Source of the DNA: a virus
Taxonomy: Duplodnaviria; Caudoviricetes
Reading direction: 5' to 3' (one strand)
Length of the DNA stretch: 35,036 bases
Virus record (IMG/VR): IMGVR_UViG_3300008108_004733
Coordinates: 1-35,036 of that record
Shown: piece by piece, positions 17,107 through 25,484 of the stretch
Layout of the letters: the number at the start of each line of letters is the position of its first letter
Numbering within the stretch: position 1 is the first letter of the stretch
Notes under the pieces: model-generated
The model's database searches: none
Seen by the model: only the letters and a program-made list of their open reading frames with translations
What the model was told of the DNA's origin: nothing
Program-made: the position numbers and the translations under genes

Positions 17107-18852
17107 ATGGGAGCATTATTAGAATCAGGTATGGTTGGTAACATAGGTCTTAAGCACCTTCGTGTTATCAAAGAAGATACCATCAGAAAATGGGATGACT
17201 TAGGCTTTTTAGAAGGTCTTGACGGTCACCAAAGAGATAACATCGCACAATTGTATGAAAACCAAGCTTCATACTTAATCAACGAAGCTGCGGTTGCAGA
17301 TGCATCAGGTTCTTTCGAAACTGTTGTATTCCCAATCATCAGACGTGTATTCTCTAAATTATTAGCTAACGACATCGTGTCTGTACAAGCTATGAACTTA
17401 CCAATTGGTAAATTATTCTATTTCATTCCTAAAATTCAGGATAGAGATGTGAATAACGCACATTATTCTCCATACGGATACCCAAGTCCATCAACTGATT
17501 CAGGTGAAGGATATGGTACCGGAGTAAACCTTTACGATCGTTTCTACGAAAGTGGTGACGGTAATAGTCCTGAAACAGGTCTTTTCGATTATTCAAAAGG
17601 AAGATTCAGCGCAATAACAATGAACGCTGCTAGCGTTGTTAATTTCAGTAACGGTGTGGCTACAGCTGTAAGTCCATTAAGTTCATTAAATAGTCAAAGT
17701 GTTAGTTCTTTGATCCTTACATTCACAGGATTTGCTAAAGATGGTCAAGGTAAACTTATCGGACCTAACGGTCAGATTATGGATACTGAAGAATTTTTAG
17801 CATCTGCTGAAGTTAAATTCAGTGGTGTTTCTAAGAACTTCAATGTTGTTACTCAGAAATACGGTAAAGGTATCGTTGAGTATGGTCAGAAGTCAACAGC
17901 TACTTTCCCTACTTCAATGGGTGGTACATCTAAATACAATGACATTTGTGATGAAACAGGTACAATTTACATTCAGGTAGATTTACAGAACTATTCTTCT
18001 GTTTCTGGTTATTCTAACACAACACTTAACAGTACATTTGCTCTTGCTGACTTCGTTTTACACTTCAGAGTGTATGAAACATTAGAATTCGAAGACCAAA
18101 TCGGTGAAGTTTCTTTCGATCTTCAATCTGTAACAGTTTCTGTTACTGAAAGAAAGTTGAGAGCAACTTGGTCTCCTGAATTGGCTCAAGACGTAAGTGC
18201 ATTCCACAACATCGATGCTGAAGCTGAGTTAACAGCATTGTTATCTGAGCAAATCGCGGCTGAAGTTGATCGTGAAATCTTACGTGACCTTAGAAAAGGT
18301 GCGGCTTGGACAGCTAAATGGGACTATAACGAATGGAAATATGGTGGAACTGGTGGTGCAACTCTTCAAGGTTACACTCAGAAAGATTGGAACCAAACTT
18401 TGGTTACCAAAATCAACCAAATTTCTGCTCAAATTCACAAGACTACTTTGAGAGGTGGTGCTAACTGGATCGTTGTTTCTTCAGAAGTTTCTGCGGTATT
18501 CGATGATTTAGAGTATTTCCACGTTTCAAACGCAGCTCCTGAGCAAGATCAATATAACATGGGTATCGAGAAAATCGGTTCACTTGCTGGACGTTACCAA
18601 GTTTACCGTGATCCTTACTTCCCGGCTAACAAAGTGTTGATTGGTCATAAAGGTAAATCATTATTGGATGCTGGTTACATCTACGCTCCATATGTACCTT
18701 TACAATTGACTCCAACAATGTATAATCCGTTCACAATGACACCTATCAAAGGTATCATGACAAGATACGCGAAGAAAATGGTTAACAACCGTTACTTCGG
18801 TACTATCACTGTAAACGGTATCACTACATTCAGTTTGGATACATTAAGATAA
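17107..18852 (+). CDS. Major capsid protein (T4 gp23-like)
   Basis: IIRRVF...DIVSVQAMNLPIG, RKLRATWSPELAQD, DAEAEL...EVDREI, YAPYVPL, GIMTRY; strong bias to C-ending codons. Confidence 0.95.
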   Translation: MGALLESGMVGNIGLKHLRVIKEDTIRKWDDLGFLEGLDGHQRDNIAQLYENQASYLINEAAVADASGSFETVVFPIIRRVFSKLLANDIVSVQAMNLPIGKLFYFIPKIQDRDVNNAHYSPYGYPSPSTDSGEGYGTGVNLYDRFYESGDGNSPETGLFDYSKGRFSAITMNAASVVNFSNGVATAVSPLSSLNSQSVSSLILTFTGFAKDGQGKLIGPNGQIMDTEEFLASAEVKFSGVSKNFNVVTQKYGKGIVEYGQKSTATFPTSMGGTSKYNDICDETGTIYIQVDLQNYSSVSGYSNTTLNSTFALADFVLHFRVYETLEFEDQIGEVSFDLQSVTVSVTERKLRATWSPELAQDVSAFHNIDAEAELTALLSEQIAAEVDREILRDLRKGAAWTAKWDYNEWKYGGTGGATLQGYTQKDWNQTLVTKINQISAQIHKTTLRGGANWIVVSSEVSAVFDDLEYFHVSNAAPEQDQYNMGIEKIGSLAGRYQVYRDPYFPANKVLIGHKGKSLLDAGYIYAPYVPLQLTPTMYNPFTMTPIKGIMTRYAKKMVNNRYFGTITVNGITTFSLDTLR

Positions 18853-18870
18853 TCTTAATTGATGTCGATA

Positions 18871-18901
18871 AAAAAAACCCTCGAGAAATCGGGGGTTTTT
18901 T
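18871..18901 (+). terminator. Intrinsic terminator of the head operon
   Basis: AAAAAACCCTCGA-GAAA-TCGGGGGTTTTTT with GAAA tetraloop. Confidence 0.9.
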
Positions 18902-18947
18902 GTTTACATAATCCCATTAAAATCTTATTTTAATTAAAATATATTAT

Positions 18948-19097
18948 ATGAATACAATTAAATGGAATTCAACAAGAACAGGGTTTACTTTAACTTATAG
19001 TAATGGTTTAAAAGAAACATATACAGATAAACCTGTTTCAACTACAAATTACGTAAAAATAAACGATAAAACATATTGGTTACTTAAAGTAAATTAA
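18948..19097 (+). CDS. Small hypothetical protein (49 aa)
   Basis: Not in ORF track; MNTIKWNSTRTGFTLTYSNGLKETYTDKPVSTTNYVKINDKTYWLLKVN fills the gap. Confidence 0.55.
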   Translation: MNTIKWNSTRTGFTLTYSNGLKETYTDKPVSTTNYVKINDKTYWLLKVN

Positions 19098-19133
19098 TTT
19101 TTTGTTTCACAAATTATTTGTTATTTTTAACAA

Positions 19134-19325
19134 ATGAGTGAAATAATAAGGTGTACTAAATGTAATGAAATTTTAGACTCAAAAAAAATTATTTGGTTGG
19201 AATTAAGTAACACCGATGGTAATTTTTATAAAGAAATACCATCAAATCACATATCTCAAGGAGGGTTTCCTTTTGGTCTTAAATGTTCTAAAAACGTATT
19301 AAAAGATGGGTCAAAAAGAAGTTGA
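19134..19325 (+). CDS. Small putative zinc-binding protein
   Basis: 63 aa, CTKC near the N-terminus and FGLKC near the C-terminus. Confidence 0.6.
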   Translation: MSEIIRCTKCNEILDSKKIIWLELSNTDGNFYKEIPSNHISQGGFPFGLKCSKNVLKDGSKRS

Positions 19326-19635
19326 GTACGAATCTTTAAGATTGGATGTCCTTCAAAATTTAATTGAATTACGTTCGATCCCGTACAAAATTTATAAGAA
19401 AGAAAATGATACCAAAAATAGTATCATTCAATTACTTAAACAAGATGATGAAGGTAAATTCATTTTTGAAACAACCTATGAAAAATCTGATGGGGGATAT
19501 ATTATTGGTGTTGATTTAAGGAATAAAAAACATATGACAGAAATCAATAAATTAATAGAAAAAAAAGAGGCAAGAAGATTGGATCGATACTCAGATAATA
19601 GATTACAATATTGGTCCACCCAAAAATTGATTTAA
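19306..19635 (+). CDS. Hypothetical protein
   Basis: 109-aa ORF; its stop abuts the convergent gene. Confidence 0.65.
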   Translation: MGQKEVEYESLRLDVLQNLIELRSIPYKIYKKENDTKNSIIQLLKQDDEGKFIFETTYEKSDGGYIIGVDLRNKKHMTEINKLIEKKEARRLDRYSDNRLQYWSTQKLI

Positions 19636-20394
19636 TTAATTTTCGTCAAATTTTTGACCTGTAGTACTTGATGAACCAGTAGTTAAATTTTCTAAAGGAG
19701 TTGCTTTGGTTCCTGGAAATTTCTTATCCGCCCATTTATTAAATTCATCCCAAAATTTAGTAGAATATTCGTCTTTTTTAAATGTTGTGGAATTTTCGTT
19801 CTTTTTAATTATTTTATTTAATTCATCTGCTTTTTTCATTGTGGATTGATCTCTATATGTTTGTAATACTTCTACGTTTGATTTTGGTTCTCCTTCACCT
19901 TCGAAATTTTTCATATCACCAGGATTAGCACTTTCCCCAATTCCTTCTAAAAAACTAATAAGTTCTGTTGTTAACTTTACAGATTGTTGAACAAATTGAA
20001 GTAATCCATTCAATCTTTGTTCCATTTCATCTGCAGCTGCGTTATCATTTTTTTTTCTTAATTGTTCAATTTTTCTTCTTATTTTAACATCCACTCTATC
20101 ATTAAATAAACTACTCAAATCATTATTAAAATCACCTAATGATTTTATTAAAATATTGGATCTGGTTTTAAGTCTTTGCCATCCCGCATTAAATGACGGA
20201 TTATTAACGAAACCACCAGAACTGAATGTCTTACCCATATTCTGAGCATAAGATTTAAATCTAGCCGCAGTCCCCGCAACTTTTGCTCTAAAATTATTTA
20301 ATATATCGGATTCTTGTATATTATTTTTTTCTTCTTCTAATAATTTATTTAAAATAATATTTTTTAATTCATTTTCTGTAATTCTTTTTTTCAT
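19636..20394 (-). CDS. Hypothetical protein, probable virion/internal head protein
   Basis: N-terminal RITENELKNIILNKLLEE leader; TATTTATA on the sense strand at 20413-20406. Confidence 0.7.
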   Translation of the reverse strand: MKKRITENELKNIILNKLLEEEKNNIQESDILNNFRAKVAGTAARFKSYAQNMGKTFSSGGFVNNPSFNAGWQRLKTRSNILIKSLGDFNNDLSSLFNDRVDVKIRRKIEQLRKKNDNAAADEMEQRLNGLLQFVQQSVKLTTELISFLEGIGESANPGDMKNFEGEGEPKSNVEVLQTYRDQSTMKKADELNKIIKKNENSTTFKKDEYSTKFWDEFNKWADKKFPGTKATPLENLTTGSSSTTGQKFDEN

Positions 20395-20505
20395 GATACT
20401 TTTTATATAAATATTTTAATTTTTAATAAATTTCTTAGTTTTAACAATTAAACCCTCATTACCTTTAATTATTATATGATAAACACATTTTTTTTAGTTA
20501 ATTGA

Positions 20506-21333
20506 TTACCATGTTCTACACGCCCAATATCTTGGTTTCCAACGAGGCCCTGGATTGTCACAATTATGTCTTGCTCTAAATGATTTTCTTCTTTCAGGGT
20601 TATTCTTTTTAATAACCATTCTTTTTCCTTTTGCAGATTTACCACCGAAACCAAAGTTTACCTTAACAACTTTTCCTTTATCGTTCTTAACATAAACTTT
20701 AAACTTTTTAATGTCCCCTTGCATAATTTTACCTAACTGAACTTTACGTCCTTGGTATTCTGCTTCATTTAATAAATCATCAGGGATGAAATCAGTTTCT
20801 TCAACCGAACCAAATTCATCTTCATAGATGATGCCTTTAAATTTATTTAATTCTTCTAAAATTAAATTGGTTAATCTATTGATGTGATTTTCTTTGAAAT
20901 GTGTCATAGTTGGTTTATTACCTTTACCTGGTTTTGGATCCTTTTTCTCGGCTCTTCTTTTTTGTGATGTCATTGATTTCTTTTCTTCTTTAGAATATGA
21001 CCCAGCGGTTTTTGGTGTGTCTTTTGATATTTTCTTTAATGGTCTACATTTTGGATACCCTTTATCTGTTGCTTCTTTTCTTCCACATGGTGGATGTTTA
21101 CCACCAACTTTTTTACTAACATCAACCCACTTTTCCTTAAACCATCTTCTTAAATCTTCTCTTAAAACCTCACCGGATTTAATACATTCTTCTATGTATT
21201 CTTTATCTTCTTTTGATACTACTATTCCTAATTTTTCATTATTATGACCACACTGATGACATATGTATGGATCCTCACCCCCCGTACTTAAAGGCCAATG
21301 ATGTCCACATACACATTTTATTTCTTGACTCAT
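20506..21333 (-). CDS. Modular basic protein: Cys/His zinc ribbon plus two Trp/Cys-containing basic domains
   Basis: CVCGH...CHQCGH; DLRRWFKEKWVD...CGR...YPKCRP; AEYQGRKV...SFRARHNC...RYWACRTW; ATG at 21333 preferred. Confidence 0.75.
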   Translation of the reverse strand: MSQEIKCVCGHHWPLSTGGEDPYICHQCGHNNEKLGIVVSKEDKEYIEECIKSGEVLREDLRRWFKEKWVDVSKKVGGKHPPCGRKEATDKGYPKCRPLKKISKDTPKTAGSYSKEEKKSMTSQKRRAEKKDPKPGKGNKPTMTHFKENHINRLTNLILEELNKFKGIIYEDEFGSVEETDFIPDDLLNEAEYQGRKVQLGKIMQGDIKKFKVYVKNDKGKVVKVNFGFGGKSAKGKRMVIKKNNPERRKSFRARHNCDNPGPRWKPRYWACRTW

Positions 21334-21338
21334 TTTAA

Positions 21339-21815
21339 TTATTTTTTGGTTTTTCTCCAACCACCACCATGTTCTTTATACCATTTGGCCGCCCAACCAT
21401 TTGCATAAGCACTTGGGTAGACTTTAAATTTTGATTTAGCTTTCGATTTAGCTTGTGCCCATAATTTTGGATTTGTTGGTTTGTTTTTTGACTCATCAAT
21501 TTGAGATTCTTCATTTAAACTAAAAGTAGACAAATCTGCTTTAAAGTTACCAACATTTTTTTCCATTTCTTTTGTTTTATTCATAAAAAAATCGAATATT
21601 TGATCCATATTGGTTTTAGCTTCAGATACGTGATCATCTGCCCAATCATGTCCATCTTGTATTATTGAATCCAAAACTTGTGGGTCCATTTTTAATAATG
21701 CCTCACATTGTCTTTTTATTTGTTCAAGATTACTAAAAAACATATAGTTTTCTTGTGATTGATTTTCAGAAATCAATCTTAATTGTTTTAATATTTTTTG
21801 GTTCAAATTTTTCAT
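21339..21815 (-). CDS. Modular protein with C-terminal basic PSAYAN domain
   Basis: YMFFSNL...HDWADDH domain followed by PTNPKLW...YPSAYANGWAAKWYKEHGGGW. Confidence 0.75.
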   Translation of the reverse strand: MKNLNQKILKQLRLISENQSQENYMFFSNLEQIKRQCEALLKMDPQVLDSIIQDGHDWADDHVSEAKTNMDQIFDFFMNKTKEMEKNVGNFKADLSTFSLNEESQIDESKNKPTNPKLWAQAKSKAKSKFKVYPSAYANGWAAKWYKEHGGGWRKTKK

Positions 21816-21836
21816 ATCTATAAATATTTTTTTTTA

Positions 21837-23756
21837 TTAAAAATACCTAATACCTAAAAAATAATTAGGAACTGTTTTATTTTGTGGACCATATGATCCG
21901 TTATACATATTAAAAAGATATGCAGTTTGTGTATCTATTTCACTTGATGTCCATCTAAGTCCGTATCTATTTATCACATTATTTACACTATATATTTGTA
22001 TCATTTCGTCTAGTGTTGGTAATTTCCAATCAGTATATCCGTTTGTATTATCGTTTGTTACGTAATAAACACAAGTATTTGTTAGACTGGTTAGTCCTGT
22101 TACCATTATATTTGTATTCACATCAGCATCACCGATGTCTGTTGACGTGGCACCTAAAAATAGTCCACCATGTCCCCAAACACCAGTATTCAACATAGAG
22201 CTCCATGTTGTTACCATATTTACCACAAATCCATGTTCACCTGTTTGATCTAGATAGGCTATTTTACCTCCAGCGTAATTTTGACCGATAGATAATTGTC
22301 CATTTCCACCACCATTATTACCCCCACCACCATTATTACCCCCACCACCATTATTACCTCCGATCGTTGTGGTTAAGTTATTACTTATTTTTTCAGATAC
22401 AATTTCAAAATTTATAATATCTTTATAAAAAATTTCTTCTGTGTGTGTTTTACCTTTTATTTCTAAAAAGTATTCTCTAGGTATTAAAATAGATGTATCT
22501 AAAAAGAATGAATTTTCATTTGTTCTATCTAATTTTGTCCACTGAAAGACATTTACTTGGGTTCTACCTTCTTTTATAAAAATTCTGTAATAAACATCAT
22601 CTAATAATACTGTTTTTGGATTATCTATCGATCTAAAAGTTACAACTATTTTCCTTTTTTCTCCAGCTTTAATTTTTTCATTTAATTTAACACCAAAATA
22701 TTGGATTGAGTATCTTTGTAATTCAGTTTGATTCTCACCAATTGTATATAGTGAAGTGTATGGTTTAGGTACAAATTTTTGTGTAATATCCCCAACTAAA
22801 TTTCCGTCTATTTCAACATCTTTCCATTTGTCATAAAAGAATTTTTTACCGTCACATAAAATACCACTAATACCAAATGTGATTTTATAAACCCCCTTTT
22901 TAACTTTAACTGGTACCAAATTAGTCAATCCATCAATTTCTGTTTTTGTATTATCTAATATGTCCACAGAAGGTAATGAATCTAAATCGTAAAAATTACT
23001 ACCCTTTGTTACATATAAATAAAGATTTTGACTAACCCCATGTGTAAAATTTAATCTATCATCTTCAATAACGTCATCAAAATATGTTTCAAGATATGGT
23101 TCAAAAAATGTTTGTGTGTATTTTGTATAGAATGACACACTTTGTCCAACATCAGTTGTCACATCTTGATACACAACGGAGAAGGCTAATCCAACACCAT
23201 AATTGGTATCACCATTTAACAATATACCATTTACATAATCTGTAACATCTACATTGATATCTTCATTACCGTTATCAAAGTGAATTGTATCTATAATTGT
23301 GACCCCCGTTGAATATATACCTTCAGTATTCCAAGTATCTAAAGTTGTCTTATTAAACCAATTTGACGGTCTAACATCAAATAATTGTTGTCCGGTCGCT
23401 AAATCATATATTTTATCATAATCAAATCCAACCCCCTCATCCCATTCTTCATCTATTTTAAATAGAATTAAATCAAAAGAAGTTGCTCTTTTGTTACTAT
23501 TACCTCTATCATCCCCCAATAAGGCTTCATCTCCAAAAATAGTATTTGTTAAATGTAATGTGTGTGTTGTGTTTTCATCAATAACATATTCACCGGAGTC
23601 TATTTTTTGTTGTAAACCATTTAAATCTATCTTAAAAAGATATTTAGAAAATGTCGTACCGTAAATAATCTCGGTATTAGGATTTCTAGCGGTGTTAATC
23701 GTAGAATTTTTTAGAATTGTATTATTTTTTTCAAAATATGAACGAAAATATGACAT
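21837..23756 (-). CDS. Beta-rich structural protein with C-terminal DUF1566 (Lcl / CLec-like) domain
   Basis: After a Gly/Asn linker: IGQNYAGGKIAY...GYTDWKLPTLDEM...WTSSE...AY...IRYF, the DUF1566 pattern. Confidence 0.7.
   Translation of the reverse strand: MSYFRSYFEKNNTILKNSTINTARNPNTEIIYGTTFSKYLFKIDLNGLQQKIDSGEYVIDENTTHTLHLTNTIFGDEALLGDDRGNSNKRATSFDLILFKIDEEWDEGVGFDYDKIYDLATGQQLFDVRPSNWFNKTTLDTWNTEGIYSTGVTIIDTIHFDNGNEDINVDVTDYVNGILLNGDTNYGVGLAFSVVYQDVTTDVGQSVSFYTKYTQTFFEPYLETYFDDVIEDDRLNFTHGVSQNLYLYVTKGSNFYDLDSLPSVDILDNTKTEIDGLTNLVPVKVKKGVYKITFGISGILCDGKKFFYDKWKDVEIDGNLVGDITQKFVPKPYTSLYTIGENQTELQRYSIQYFGVKLNEKIKAGEKRKIVVTFRSIDNPKTVLLDDVYYRIFIKEGRTQVNVFQWTKLDRTNENSFFLDTSILIPREYFLEIKGKTHTEEIFYKDIINFEIVSEKISNNLTTTIGGNNGGGGNNGGGGNNGGGNGQLSIGQNYAGGKIAYLDQTGEHGFVVNMVTTWSSMLNTGVWGHGGLFLGATSTDIGDADVNTNIMVTGLTSLTNTCVYYVTNDNTNGYTDWKLPTLDEMIQIYSVNNVINRYGLRWTSSEIDTQTAYLFNMYNGSYGPQNKTVPNYFLGIRYF
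22306..22358 (-). repeat. 18-nt coding repeat x3 (GNNGGG linker)
   Basis: CCACCACCATTATTACC(C) repeated three times on the plus strand. Confidence 0.9.
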
Positions 23757-23774
23757 CTTTTTATTTAATAAATA

Positions 23775-25283
23775 TCAATTTATCCTAATTGTTTCATTCA
23801 ATAAATCTATTTTTAATTTAGAAAACAGATCTACCATAATTTTATGTTCGTCCATTGATTGTCTAGCATATGGTTCACATATGTTATGTTTATGATTTAC
23901 TAACACATTATACATTGCAACAAGAAATTCATATAATTTATCCCCCCTAACTGTAGCATATGTATTTTTTTCTATTTTTTCTAAATAATCCTCTTGTTCT
24001 AAATCATACTTATTTAAAGAATCAAAATCTATTAATTTACCTGGTGTTTGATATTGTCCAGTTGTGTCCGTAGATATAAAATAAATTCTGTCTGACATTA
24101 TGGTTGAAAAAGTTTGTTCTGAATCTTTATTTTCAACTAATTCATCAACTAATTGTTCATTTTCTTTAACATCTGGATCGATTTTAGTGAGGGACCAAAT
24201 TAATCCATTTGTTATTCTTTGTCTAACTTTAACATTATTTAATATTGTCTGTTTTTTTTCTTGATCTGTTATTCTAGTATAAAATTCTTTTGTTGGTCTA
24301 AAATAAAATGGAAATATATCATCACTATACAAAGAGTACAGTGGATTTATAGAATCTAATCCATTATCATATATTGTATTTAATGTATTTCTAATAAAAA
24401 CATAAGTATCTTGAATAGATGGTGAAGATAATGGTGGAGAAGGGGTTATTTCCAATTTAAAAGTCGGTGTAACAGTATCACCAGACAAATTTATTAAAGT
24501 GACGCCAGATAGTGGTGTTTGTAAGGAAAAAAAGTTGGTGTTGTTTAATACACCATAAAAATTTGGATTTACTTTATAAACGTAAATATTTGTATAATTT
24601 GGGTTAACGACATCATCAACATCATATTCTATAATATATTTTAATTTAGTAAATTGTACCTCTTTTGTTTTTATTTTTTTTTGTCTTATCGTGGCAGATC
24701 TTGGAAACTTTTTTAAATAAATTTTAGATGATTTTTTTGATAGGATTGGATTAGTTAACATATTTTCTTTATTCTTCACACTAGCGGCACTTTTTGATAG
24801 TAATTTACCACCTCTAAATTGAATACCATTTTCTGTAAAAATGATGTCTGAACCATATTTAGAATATATACCAAAATCAGTTTCTTTTGCAAATACACCT
24901 TCAGGTAAAAGACCATTTTTATCTGCAATATTTGGTGTATCTTTTACTACCGCACCATATGATGTTTTTTCTAACTGTTGTGATAATGTTTGACTATTGA
25001 AATCAAAAGAACTAGTAAACGGACCAGCAATATATTCTTGGTTTACATTTTTTTTATTAATATTATATGTTATTATTTTTACCGCTTGACCTATTTCAGG
25101 AATAAAATTTATGTTTAATGGTAAAAATGGTTGAGCAACAAATCTATCTTTATCTCCCCATTTTTCATAATCTAAGGCCCTTTCTTTAACCGCAACAGTA
25201 TCATTAAATATTTTATATCTAATTCTACCTAACCCCTTAGGATCTTTATTATCATCACATATCGCAATGTCAATAATTTTCAT
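23775..25283 (-). CDS. Baseplate hub / central spike-like protein (gp5/gpV-type OB-fold N-terminus)
   Basis: DNKDPKGLGRIR...IPEIGQAV at the N-terminus; VRGDKL...NHKH (HxH) near the C-terminus. Confidence 0.6.
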   Translation of the reverse strand: MKIIDIAICDDNKDPKGLGRIRYKIFNDTVAVKERALDYEKWGDKDRFVAQPFLPLNINFIPEIGQAVKIITYNINKKNVNQEYIAGPFTSSFDFNSQTLSQQLEKTSYGAVVKDTPNIADKNGLLPEGVFAKETDFGIYSKYGSDIIFTENGIQFRGGKLLSKSAASVKNKENMLTNPILSKKSSKIYLKKFPRSATIRQKKIKTKEVQFTKLKYIIEYDVDDVVNPNYTNIYVYKVNPNFYGVLNNTNFFSLQTPLSGVTLINLSGDTVTPTFKLEITPSPPLSSPSIQDTYVFIRNTLNTIYDNGLDSINPLYSLYSDDIFPFYFRPTKEFYTRITDQEKKQTILNNVKVRQRITNGLIWSLTKIDPDVKENEQLVDELVENKDSEQTFSTIMSDRIYFISTDTTGQYQTPGKLIDFDSLNKYDLEQEDYLEKIEKNTYATVRGDKLYEFLVAMYNVLVNHKHNICEPYARQSMDEHKIMVDLFSKLKIDLLNETIRIN

Positions 25284-25285
25284 AA

Positions 25286-25483
25286 TTATTTAATTCTATT
25301 TTTAATTTCATTATTTACTTTATCATATAAAACTTCAATTCCTTCTAAATGATGTGTTAAATTAACAATTAAGTCTTTTGTTTTATCAAATTCTTCCATT
25401 AAAATATCTCTAACATCCAATAAATCTTTATTTGATTTATTTTCAACATCATCACAAATTTCCATTACTTTATTTAGTTCCAT
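25286..25483 (-). CDS. Small coiled-coil hypothetical protein (65 aa)
   Basis: ATG at 25483 (MELNKVMEIC) lies 1 nt after the upstream stop; the longer track ORF overlaps the upstream gene. Confidence 0.65.
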   Translation of the reverse strand: MELNKVMEICDDVENKSNKDLLDVRDILMEEFDKTKDLIVNLTHHLEGIEVLYDKVNNEIKNRIK

Positions 25484-25484
25484 A

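Noticed and set aside
21333-21360. Possible programmed frameshift fusing the two basic modular genes
   Set aside because: No canonical slippery heptamer in frame, and a good ATG exists at 21333
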